A DNA stretch of 64,000 nt, taken from NCBI GenBank assembly GCA_964641025.1, contig CAZXJP010000005.1:21628-85627 (forward strand). The letters are read 5' to 3'. The DNA is from an uncultured Candidatus Saccharibacteria bacterium. GTDB lineage: Bacteria; Patescibacteriota; Saccharimonadia; Saccharimonadales; Saccharimonadaceae. This document shows, in pieces, positions 16,909-25,499 of this stretch. The position numbers and the translations under genes are program-made. Below the pieces are notes generated by a model. That model ran no database searches and was not told the origin of the DNA. It saw only the letters and a list, made by a program, of their open reading frames with translations. Within the stretch, counting starts at the first letter, position 1. Each line of letters begins with the position of its first letter.

Positions 16909-18867
16909 ATGCTTAGGCCTATCGTTTTATCCAATGGAGAAATGCATGTTGGTTTGAATAACTTTGGGCTGGTGCATGATTTTTATTATCCCTATGTTGG
17001 ACTAACCAACCATGCGGAAGGTGACCATACTCGACATCGTATTGGAGTTTGGTGTGACGGCAAGATTAGCTGGCTCGATAACGAAGGTGAATGGGAGTTT
17101 ACTTTTCGCTACCCTATCCGCGCGCTGGTTGGTCATACGATAGCAAAAAACGCATCCATGAACATATTATTAGAGATTGATAGCGTCGTGGATTCGCACG
17201 TCAGTGCTTTTATTCGTAACATTCACGTGGTTAACATGGCCGATTATGATCGAGAGATTCGGTTATTTACTCATCAGGCTTTCGTGATAGATGATTCACG
17301 TAGCAAGACAGACACCGCGCAATATTTACCAGATAGTAACGCGATAGTCCATTATCGTGGCAGGCGCGCATTTATTGTATCTGGCGTGTACGACGATCAA
17401 CCTTTTGACCAACACAGTATCGGGTTGTTTGGTATCGAAGGCCACGAAAGCGTATATCGAGACGCCGAGGATGGAGAGCTGGACGGCGGAGATGTAGAGC
17501 ATGGACGAGTAGACTCGGTATTAAGATTCAAGATGAATGTGGGAGCTCATAGCTCCGAAAGGGTCCATTATTGGATAACTGCTGGTTCATCGATAAGAGA
17601 GGCATTATACGTTGATAAAATCATACGCGACGATGGGGTCCATAAGCGAATACATGGAACCGTTGAATGGTGGCATAAATGGCTTCAGCCTGCCGTAAAA
17701 TCAGCAGAAAAGATTGACCCCAGGTATCACGATACGTTTTTGCGCAGCGTAATGATATTAAAATCCCACATAGACAAAAGGGGCGCGGTTATTGCTAGTA
17801 CGGATAGCTCGATGTTGAATTATGGTCGTGACGCGTATGCCTATTGCTGGCCCAGAGACGCGGCATTCGTACTGTGGCCAATGCTACGAATGGGATATAC
17901 GGATGAGGTTCGTCGATATCTAGAGTTTTGTCGACGAGTACTACACCCCAGTGGCTATTTAATGCATAAATACAGGGCCGATGGAGGACTGGGGGCCAGC
18001 TGGCATTCATATACGCATAGGGGCGGATATAATGCACCGCCAGTGCAAGAGGATGAAACGGCAATAACCATATTCTTGCTAAATGAAGCATATAAAACCA
18101 CTGGTGACATACACCTATTAAATGATTTCTACGATAGCATGGTCAAGCCTATGGCTAATTGGATGGCAGAGTGGATTGATGAAACGACGGGATTGCCCAA
18201 ACCAAGTTACGACTTGTGGGAAGAGCACTTTTTGATTAGCACATATACGGTCGCGTGTACATATGCTGGTATGAACGCGGCCGCGGAACTAGCAGAGCAA
18301 AAAAATGATAATGAAAGCGCGGTTGCGTGGCGCGCGGTTGCCGATGACATAAAACATGCTGCCCAAAAATACCTATATAATCACGATCGAAAATCATTTT
18401 ACAAAGGTCTGAATGTTATCGATGGTACTATCGAGTACGATTCAACGATTGATACGAGTAGTGTATTTGGGGTGCACATATTCGGCTTATTTGATGTGAA
18501 CTCAGAAGAGTTAAAAAATTCCATACATTCCATGAGGGAGGTTTTTGGTGGGTATGATGTAGAGGCGTTTCCAAGGTATGAAAACGATAATTATCGCCGA
18601 GCGAACCCAAATACACAGGGTAACTGGTGGTTCATACCTACTCTATGGATGGCGCAGTACTGCCTAGAAATCGGTGACGATAAAACCGGCTTTTCAATCC
18701 TAGAATGGGTAAAAAATGCGAGCATGAGAACCGGGGTACTATCAGAGCAAATAAACCCTGATGACCACTCAATGATAGCACCAGCCCCACTGGGCTGGAG
18801 TCATGCCGAGTATGTATCAACACTACTAGATACCATGGGAAAATCTAGCGATGAAGATGTTGAATAA
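16909..18867 (+). CDS. glycoside hydrolase family 15 protein (glucoamylase / glucodextranase-like)
   Basis: Motifs AYCWPRDAAF and YDLWEE. ATG 16909 gives the N-terminus MLRPIVLSNG (alternative GTG start at 16897). Confidence 0.8.
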   Translation: MLRPIVLSNGEMHVGLNNFGLVHDFYYPYVGLTNHAEGDHTRHRIGVWCDGKISWLDNEGEWEFTFRYPIRALVGHTIAKNASMNILLEIDSVVDSHVSAFIRNIHVVNMADYDREIRLFTHQAFVIDDSRSKTDTAQYLPDSNAIVHYRGRRAFIVSGVYDDQPFDQHSIGLFGIEGHESVYRDAEDGELDGGDVEHGRVDSVLRFKMNVGAHSSERVHYWITAGSSIREALYVDKIIRDDGVHKRIHGTVEWWHKWLQPAVKSAEKIDPRYHDTFLRSVMILKSHIDKRGAVIASTDSSMLNYGRDAYAYCWPRDAAFVLWPMLRMGYTDEVRRYLEFCRRVLHPSGYLMHKYRADGGLGASWHSYTHRGGYNAPPVQEDETAITIFLLNEAYKTTGDIHLLNDFYDSMVKPMANWMAEWIDETTGLPKPSYDLWEEHFLISTYTVACTYAGMNAAAELAEQKNDNESAVAWRAVADDIKHAAQKYLYNHDRKSFYKGLNVIDGTIEYDSTIDTSSVFGVHIFGLFDVNSEELKNSIHSMREVFGGYDVEAFPRYENDNYRRANPNTQGNWWFIPTLWMAQYCLEIGDDKTGFSILEWVKNASMRTGVLSEQINPDDHSMIAPAPLGWSHAEYVSTLLDTMGKSSDEDVE

Positions 18868-19522
18868 ATATAAGAGTTGGCTTTTTGCGCCAGCAAAAAA
18901 CATATCGTGGAAAGCGTCAGCTATTGACTTCGCGAGGTTGCATCGTCTTGTGTACTTTAAAGATATAAATCCCGAAGTTTCAGAAGCCCCGTTAATACTG
19001 GGCTCCACTGGCTTTAACGATCGAGTTGACGGTAATTATTGTATAGGAAGGCATGCAGGATACGATATAGTACTTTTTGATCGTGTGAGCACCGCGAGTC
19101 ATCGCGACTACGATTCCGTCAAAAAACACTGGTATGTTTTGCAAATAGATCTAAAGTCAACCAGAGTTCCATATATGTTTTTAGGCACTAAACAGCAGTC
19201 CAAAACATATTATGCGGAACTTTTAGAATCGCATCCAGGCCTTCACCATCTTATGCTCGAGGGTAATGCAGAAAAGTCAGCCTCGTTTCACGGTAATTTT
19301 GTAATATTGGCAGAACCTAGTCGATCGGACTTCGTAATTAGATTATTTGATGAACGAATGGTTCATGCTATGGGTGAACATTTATATCCATTCGCGGTAG
19401 AAGTGGACAACGATTGCATAATCGTTACTACGGAAGCTCTAAAGCCAAACCAGCAACTAATGGATAAGCTGCTGCATTATGGTATCTGGTTTGCCAAAGA
19501 AATAGACAGAAAAACGAATTAG
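18851..19522 (+). CDS. hypothetical protein
   Basis: 223-aa ORF overlapping the GH15 stop. No motif recognised. Confidence 0.45.
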   Translation: MKMLNKYKSWLFAPAKNISWKASAIDFARLHRLVYFKDINPEVSEAPLILGSTGFNDRVDGNYCIGRHAGYDIVLFDRVSTASHRDYDSVKKHWYVLQIDLKSTRVPYMFLGTKQQSKTYYAELLESHPGLHHLMLEGNAEKSASFHGNFVILAEPSRSDFVIRLFDERMVHAMGEHLYPFAVEVDNDCIIVTTEALKPNQQLMDKLLHYGIWFAKEIDRKTN

Positions 19523-19725
19523 GATTTTCGAGCTTTTACTTCGTTGCGTCCAAGTGACTTTTTTGTCTCTTTGTGATCCGTGTGCTGGCGGCACATTTTG
19601 CAATATTTAGATTGAGCAAGTCGCTCTTGCTGGTGCATAGTATTTTTGGTCGTGTAATAATTGCGACAATTACAATTGTCACACACCATACCTACTAGTT
19701 TTCGCTTGGAATTCTTTTTTGCCAT
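19519..19725 (-). CDS. rpmG: 50S ribosomal protein L33 (Zn-ribbon form, C-terminal extension)
   Basis: Sequence MAKK..CDNCNCRNYYTTKN...KYCKMCRQHTDHKETK. Confidence 0.85.
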   Translation of the reverse strand: MAKKNSKRKLVGMVCDNCNCRNYYTTKNTMHQQERLAQSKYCKMCRQHTDHKETKKSLGRNEVKARKS

Positions 19726-19789
19726 ATCAGTGGTAAATTATATCAATAAAACCGCACTTTGACAAGTGTTTCTATGGTGATTATTTATT

Positions 19790-20821
19790 TTATATTCCGT
19801 TTTGAGCAATTGCCTCGCGCGCAGGCTGTACGACAAAGGAATCAAAGTCCTCCGCGCCTTTACGATGCCTAGACAGAGCTGACGCAATTCTTTCGCGTGC
19901 TTGCTCGCCTTCGGCGTCAAGGTTCGGCACATTCCACACATCCCAATGCTTCTCTAGATTTGGCACGAACACTTCCTCGTTTTGAATCTTTAGATCGTAT
20001 ATCCCTGCTATGGCGATCCGAACTGCATGTTTAATAAAGTTGGGGATAGATTCCGCTCCGGGCATTTGAAAGCCCTCGATCACCCTAGCTGTCGCTTTCA
20101 TGGTGTGGTTTGGCGCAATTTTGAAGGATTCTTTGATAAGGTCTCTATATACAACCCAATGGAGTACCTCGTCTTTCTCGACGCGAGAAAACAGCTCTTG
20201 AGCAACCCTGTCACCTTCAAGTAGAGTATGATCTCCCGTGTTACCGTGCGCCTTCACTGTCGCTAGTTCTTGCATAGCTACGTATACTCCACCTTCGATT
20301 GGCGACAAACTCTGTAATTGTCCATTATTATGTGGATTTGGCAAATCATTTACAAAGCCATGTTGTACTTGTGCCATACGGCTTTCTTCGATTTCAATCG
20401 GGTTAAACGTTCTAGATACTGCTAGGAGGTTGTGTATTGCCCTTCCATGCCTGTCTTCCTCCGCGGTCCATCTATTTACCCAGTTTCTCCAGGCGCCGTC
20501 ATAGCCAAAAAGATTAGCGATCTCTCGGTGGTACGATGGTAGATTATCCTCGGTCATCGCTGCTATAAACAAGGCAGAACGCACGCCCTTGCTGAATTTG
20601 AACGTTTCTTGACCCTCTTCCCAATCTACGGCCATTGCATTATATTCTTCTTTGTCTTTGTCGCTTCTTGCCCAAGGATATTGATGATCCCGACCCCTGC
20701 TCCAGGGAACATAAAAATCAGGCACCCAAAATTTGGATGCTCGTTCATGTCGATTCAATAGCTCGCCCATTTTTGGTTCCAGCTCGCCCATCAACTGCAG
20801 TTCCGTCATCTCTTTTGTCAT
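19790..20821 (-). CDS. acyl-ACP desaturase (soluble di-iron, DesA / stearoyl-ACP desaturase family)
   Basis: Motifs MTEDNLPSYH, WTAEEDRHG and EKDEVLHWVVY (di-iron ligand helices). Confidence 0.85.
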   Translation of the reverse strand: MTKEMTELQLMGELEPKMGELLNRHERASKFWVPDFYVPWSRGRDHQYPWARSDKDKEEYNAMAVDWEEGQETFKFSKGVRSALFIAAMTEDNLPSYHREIANLFGYDGAWRNWVNRWTAEEDRHGRAIHNLLAVSRTFNPIEIEESRMAQVQHGFVNDLPNPHNNGQLQSLSPIEGGVYVAMQELATVKAHGNTGDHTLLEGDRVAQELFSRVEKDEVLHWVVYRDLIKESFKIAPNHTMKATARVIEGFQMPGAESIPNFIKHAVRIAIAGIYDLKIQNEEVFVPNLEKHWDVWNVPNLDAEGEQARERIASALSRHRKGAEDFDSFVVQPAREAIAQNGI

Positions 20822-20852
20822 GTGTTTCCTCTCGAACCCACCGGAATAAATT

Positions 20853-20928
20853 TGGAGCCACGGCCGGGGGTTGAACCCGGGACCTCATCCTTACCATGGA
20901 TGCGCTCTACCAACTGAGCTACCGCGGC
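20853..20928 (-). tRNA. tRNA-Thr (anticodon GGT), CCA encoded
   Basis: Acceptor GCCGCGG/CCGTGGC, anticodon stem CATCC/GGATG with loop ATGGTAA, T-loop GGGTTCAACCCC. Confidence 0.9.
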
Positions 20929-20962
20929 ATGTAACTAAGTGATTATAGCAAAACAACCCCTG

Positions 20963-21579
20963 TTATTCAAATGAGGCGCGCAACCAAACTCGGGGCTGTT
21001 CTTTGTCGGTTTCGTTCGTTGGTGATCGATGTATATTGTCTGTCATCATAACCGCCTCCATCGGCTCTGGGCGATATAGGCGCAAAGCACCCTTTGCTAA
21101 TCCTATCTCTATGGGCGCATTTTGAAAGCCATTAGACTTTTTATCCATCCTATGTACATACCTCATACCGGATTGAAGACCATGATCAGATTGGTCATTG
21201 GCTATTAGGAATTCAGTCGGCAGATTGTTCGCCACGACCACCGCAAGCGACTCGCTGTTAACGTCCTTGTCGTAGTGCCATCTAGTTCCGCGTTGCGACC
21301 TTCCCGGTTTAATTGGCTTGGCATCAAAACTATATGAAATCATTTCAATTTTATTACTAAAGTGACTATAGAACTCATCTGTAAGTGACGCGACAATACT
21401 TGCTAACTTTGCATGAATAGGTCTATCGATGTTTATTGTCCCTTCATACAGGGTAAGCCCGCCGAAGGATAGGTAGTCTCTGAGAATACATCTTCAATCT
21501 CATCAAATACATGAGAGTCTATCTTTGTAAAATAATCTGGATTGGTTAAGATTGGATCCCGAACTGCTTCTTTTGTCAT
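20963..21579 (-). pseudogene. frameshifted member of a ~210-aa orphan family
   Basis: A 48-codon ORF (ATG 21579 to TAA 21433) continues in another frame into the 126-aa ORF. The joined product aligns end to end with the neighbouring paralog. Confidence 0.5.
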
Positions 21580-21584
21580 AGATT

Positions 21585-22244
21585 TTATAACGTCTCGCTT
21601 CTACTCATTAATATCATACGCCAAAAGGTTCTATTATATCGTTCGTCCGTGTTATTCACGGGCGACGCGTGAAAGTGATTTTTAATCGATATTGCATCGT
21701 ATGGGGACGGTTGGTGAACATGTATCAATCCTTTCGTGATACCCTCACTAACTACGTGCGCAGAATTATCATAAAAATCAGAAGGCAGGTAGGGCCTTTT
21801 TCGTACGTACGAGATGAGCTCCTCATCGCTCGTTATATTCGAGTTTGGCGCAACGGCAACCAAGGTTGGCTCTACGTCACTCGAGGTTAGTATGTCTTCT
21901 AGGTGATATTCTGCTTTAGGATCGGGCGCATCGGCGTCTAGATGCCATTTTGCTAGTCGTTGAAAACTATTAGGCTGCACAGGATTCGTATCAAACGTGT
22001 ATCAAATCTTGGCTATCGGACTGTAACCAAATTCTTGCGCTCTGTCCAAGGCTATTTCAGCGACTTTCTTGTATATAGAAGGAATGTTTTTGTCGCCTAG
22101 TTCTGCTGTATATAGAACCGAATCATCTATATTATGACTTATCCTTCTGTCTGATACGTAGTCTTTTATTTCGTCAAATATACCGTCCGCAGTTCGAAAC
22201 CGAATGCTAGGTTTTTCAAAACTGTATGATCGATTGAGTATCAT
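21585..22244 (-). pseudogene. member of the same ~210-aa orphan family interrupted by one in-frame TGA
   Basis: The 80-aa and 131-aa ORFs are in the same frame, separated only by TGA 22002-22004 plus 7 sense codons. Confidence 0.5.
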
Positions 22245-22249
22245 GGTGG

Positions 22250-22975
22250 TTATCTACGTTTTTTAGATTTTTGAGCCGTCGTGATATTAATTACATCCCG
22301 GGCCTTATTGATTTTCTCAATGTGCGCCTCTCGCTCTAAATACTCGGCGTATGTTTCAAATCCGTCATTTATTACTGTGTCCATACTCTTTGATTCTTTC
22401 TTTGGTACCAATAGCTTCAGTATCTCGCCACTGCTAAACACCTGATTTGCAAGAGCTTGCCACAATGGAGGCTTTATCTCGTATACTGTTGACAACTCTC
22501 CCCCTATTTGAGGGGTAATAACGGCCATTCCCTCGGATAAATCACATGTATGAAGTGGGTATTCCGTGTCAGACCTAGCATCAATCATGGCAATTCTGGA
22601 AAAATCCTTTCGATATTCACGTTCCAGGAATACGTTATTTGCAGATCTCTCGTTTGAACACTGCCGGAGGTCTTCTGCTAAAAGAGTGGCGAAGAGAGTC
22701 GCCCTACCCCACGAGTTGTATGATGCCACGAAAGGAAAATCAGCATCTAAATGTTCCTCATACGCATCAAAATCAGGTCCCAGTCCACCTGGAGGTCTAG
22801 AAATCCTCGATACATATAGCTCATCTGCTTCTACGTCGCCAAACAAAGCATTAATAAAGTCTTCTCTTTCCATTGGCCCGGCGACAACTGGCGTATTTGG
22901 TAGTTGTCTAACATGGTTAACCCTATTTTTTAGATTGTGTGTATACCTAATAGGAGTTAGCTCATGTGTTGGCAT
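22250..22975 (-). CDS. hypothetical protein
   Basis: Start taken at ATG 22975 (MPTHELT), because the longer ORF runs into tRNA-Tyr. No motif recognised. Confidence 0.5.
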   Translation of the reverse strand: MPTHELTPIRYTHNLKNRVNHVRQLPNTPVVAGPMEREDFINALFGDVEADELYVSRISRPPGGLGPDFDAYEEHLDADFPFVASYNSWGRATLFATLLAEDLRQCSNERSANNVFLEREYRKDFSRIAMIDARSDTEYPLHTCDLSEGMAVITPQIGGELSTVYEIKPPLWQALANQVFSSGEILKLLVPKKESKSMDTVINDGFETYAEYLEREAHIEKINKARDVINITTAQKSKKRR

Positions 22976-23031
22976 GGTGTTCGCTTTCGTCTTTGCCAAG
23001 CAAATAGTCGCTATACGTGTGGCCATTAGCT

Positions 23032-23117
23032 TGGTACAGGGGGCAGGATTCGAACCTGCGAAGGCATAAGCCAACAGATTTACAGTCTGTCGTGTTTGAC
23101 CGCTTCACTACCCCTGC
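23032..23117 (-). tRNA. tRNA-Tyr (anticodon GTA), long variable arm, CCA encoded
   Basis: Anticodon stem-loop ACAGA CTGTAAA TCTGT, long extra arm, T-loop GGTTCGAATCC. 86 nt. Confidence 0.85.
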
Positions 23118-23164
23118 GCTTATTGTTTCCATACGCAAGATAGCGACCGTTCACTACCTTGCCG

Positions 23165-23241
23165 TGGAGCCACTTCTCGGACTCGAACCGAGGACCTACT
23201 GTTTACAAAACAGTTGCTCTAACCAACTGAGCTAAAGTGGC
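23165..23241 (-). tRNA. tRNA-Thr (anticodon TGT), CCA encoded
   Basis: Acceptor GCCACTT/AAGTGGC, anticodon stem ACTGT/ACAGT with loop TTTGTAA, T-loop GGTTCGAGTCC. Confidence 0.9.
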
Positions 23242-23338
23242 AGATTGTAAAGTACTAAATTAGTGTACAACAGAGGCGATCAATATTCAAGTAGAAATGC
23301 TTGAGTAATAACATATTATATGGTATAAATACGCTATA

Positions 23339-23971
23339 ATGCCCTACAGTGGTGAAATTATCTTTTCTGAACCAAGTCCGCTATGGATAGAAGAGCCGGA
23401 GCTATACCGTCGAATAATCGATAGGTTTTCTGACAGAACATCTGTGGTGCAGGCATTTGAGACCTGCGGCCGTCACAAGCGATCTACGGACGACAACGAT
23501 GCACTCCTCGAAACTCTCGGTGATTATCGAACGAATGTGCTGAAGTATGCCCTTGATAACGCGGGCAAACGTCCGATTAATAGCATTGAATACTTTGCGA
23601 GAACGTCCGTCGTTGAACCAGGTGAAATACAAATTAATGCAGGTTGGCATGCCGAAAAACTGGTCGGCAGTCTAGCTCTCATTTCATACTCGGACTTACC
23701 CACCCAAATGATTGCAAAATCGGAATCGGTAAATGATACAGACTTTGATCCAACCCCGTATTTAATACCGATGACAGAGTATCGGGATGCATACATAGTC
23801 TATGATTCATTGGCAATTAGACGGGGCATAAATGACGGCGTCTTTGAGATAAAACGAGGCGAGCCGGGTAATGTTTACAACCTAGAGACACGCATTCATG
23901 CCCCCGCGGTTAACGACACCGACAAGCCAATTCCTCGTGTATTTTTAGTAACAGAAATTAATTACAAATAG
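23339..23971 (+). CDS. intact, more divergent member of the ~210-aa orphan family
   Basis: The C-terminal RIHAPAVNDTDKPIPRVFL matches IHRSPTNETDKEQPRVWL and HFHASPVNNTDERYNRTFW of the two disrupted copies. Confidence 0.5.
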   Translation: MPYSGEIIFSEPSPLWIEEPELYRRIIDRFSDRTSVVQAFETCGRHKRSTDDNDALLETLGDYRTNVLKYALDNAGKRPINSIEYFARTSVVEPGEIQINAGWHAEKLVGSLALISYSDLPTQMIAKSESVNDTDFDPTPYLIPMTEYRDAYIVYDSLAIRRGINDGVFEIKRGEPGNVYNLETRIHAPAVNDTDKPIPRVFLVTEINYK

Positions 23972-23972
23972 T

Positions 23973-24623
23973 TTAAATAACTTTTCTTGGTTGAGTGACT
24001 TGCTTTGCTTTTCCGGACGGAATAATCATTTTTTCGGCGCGAGCACGCAATTTGAGAGCCAATTTGTCCCTACCTGTCTGTTCGTAGGCGCCTGCGAGTA
24101 GTCTGAGCGTCTGTGGTATGGGGTCGATTTCTACTGCCCTCTCGAGTGCCTCTATCATCTTTTTTTCATGTCCCAGCTTTTCCTGTGTCTTCGCGTAAGC
24201 GATGTGACGCGCCGACACTTCGCTCTCTATGTTTAATGCCTGTTCGAATGCTAGTGCGGCTTTCGTGTAATCACCTGTTTCGTAATAAATAAGCCCTACA
24301 TTGTGTAAACTAGACGCGTTTGGTTCTAGTGATTGGGCTATTTCAAAACACTCGATAGCATCCTTGTACGCCTGTTGTTTGGCATATAGGATACCTAGTC
24401 GGTTATATGCTGTCGCGTTTCGTTCGTCAACACGAAGGATAGTGAGCAATGCCTTTTCGGCCCTCAAGTACTTCTTGTCTTTTAGCGAATCCTGGGCTAT
24501 TGTCCATAACTGATCCAGTTTGCCCGCTAGTTTTGATGACAAATCTTCGCTTGTTTCCTCAAGAGATCGGCGGTAAAATACAGCCCATCCTCCTAGTAAC
24601 GTAACTATTGCTAGTCCTAACAT
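23973..24623 (-). CDS. membrane-anchored TPR-repeat protein
   Basis: N-terminal TM helix followed by several 34-aa repeats (A..YN.LG..Y...G.Y..A...F..AL...P). Confidence 0.7.
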   Translation of the reverse strand: MLGLAIVTLLGGWAVFYRRSLEETSEDLSSKLAGKLDQLWTIAQDSLKDKKYLRAEKALLTILRVDERNATAYNRLGILYAKQQAYKDAIECFEIAQSLEPNASSLHNVGLIYYETGDYTKAALAFEQALNIESEVSARHIAYAKTQEKLGHEKKMIEALERAVEIDPIPQTLRLLAGAYEQTGRDKLALKLRARAEKMIIPSGKAKQVTQPRKVI

Positions 24624-24647
24624 GTGAGCTAATTATATCAGTTACTA

Positions 24648-25499
24648 CTACAGTATTCTAGACGCTATCTGCAAACGTATATTTCCGCCTGCCCTGATAC
24701 TGTCGTACACGTCAGAAAACTTATCAATAGTTCTTGCGATTTCCGGATTCGGATTACCTTTCAGTACTGTAGTCAATTGATATATTATGTCGTCAACTAG
24801 TGTCAGACTGTCTGCCCGATTACCGTTATAGCGATTTGCTATACAGATTTTATCGTAGTTATTCGAACTTAACATAGACTTTGCGTCGGTCATTATGTTT
24901 ACTCGCTCGTCATAAGTTTGCTTATCACGCGCAAGCCTGGCTATTAATGCCGGTTTGCCACGACCAACGAAAGCTAGTCGCTTAATCTTCGTTTCATCGT
25001 CTACGTCTAGGTTGTTTATAAATTCCATCGTTTGGTCATCAGAAATGTTATGTACGGTAATCTGTTGACATCTAGACTGTATGGTTGGCAATAACATCTC
25101 GAGGTGATGCGTGGCTATAATGAAATGAACATTGTCTCGGGGTTCCTCTAGTAGCTTCAAAAATGCATTTTGAGCCCCCAGGGTTAGTGATTTTTCGCCT
25201 GTATCTAGAATATAGACATGCTTTTCAGACTGTTTTGACCTGGTTCGTAGATAAAGTTCACGGATGTCTTCTATCACAATATTGCCATTTTTTTCGTCAA
25301 TTACGTATTCGTTCTTTTCCTTTCGCTTTGGCAGCAGAACGAGATTGGGTGACCCAAGTTCGCGGGCCATAGCACGGGCCAGGAAGGCAACTCCAACTCC
25401 CGACTGGCCTTCAATAATCAAAGAGTGCGGCATAGATGCCAACGTGCTCCATGCCTGTTTCTTTGTTTTTGGATGGAGCGTCAAATCATCTAGAGTCAT
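24648..25499 (-). CDS. holB: DNA polymerase III delta' subunit
   Basis: Motifs GQSGVGV, AQNAFLKLLEEP and TIQSRCQ. Confidence 0.75.
   Translation of the reverse strand: MTLDDLTLHPKTKKQAWSTLASMPHSLIIEGQSGVGVAFLARAMARELGSPNLVLLPKRKEKNEYVIDEKNGNIVIEDIRELYLRTRSKQSEKHVYILDTGEKSLTLGAQNAFLKLLEEPRDNVHFIIATHHLEMLLPTIQSRCQQITVHNISDDQTMEFINNLDVDDETKIKRLAFVGRGKPALIARLARDKQTYDERVNIMTDAKSMLSSNNYDKICIANRYNGNRADSLTLVDDIIYQLTTVLKGNPNPEIARTIDKFSDVYDSIRAGGNIRLQIASRIL

Noticed and set aside
22002-22004. The in-frame TGA as evidence for an alternative genetic code (UGA=Gly, code 25, or UGA=Trp, code 4)
   Set aside because: TGA terminates conserved genes at their expected lengths in this same window. Examples are rplQ at 30790, crtB at 6561, the GT at 15619 and crtYf at 8679, all with ATGA/GTGA-type overlaps to the next start. 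No other conserved gene contains an internal TGA.
20929-23031. Integrated prophage or integrative element at the tRNA cluster
   Set aside because: I could recognise no integrase, recombinase or phage structural gene, and no tRNA-derived direct repeat bounding the island. I therefore describe it only as an orphan-gene island.
22976-23074. N-terminal extension of the 274-aa ORF, and the 167-aa antisense ORF 22566-23069
   Set aside because: The extension (TTG start) reads through the 3' part of tRNA-Tyr. ATG 22975 gives a sensible start. The plus-strand ORF is a shadow of the minus-strand gene.
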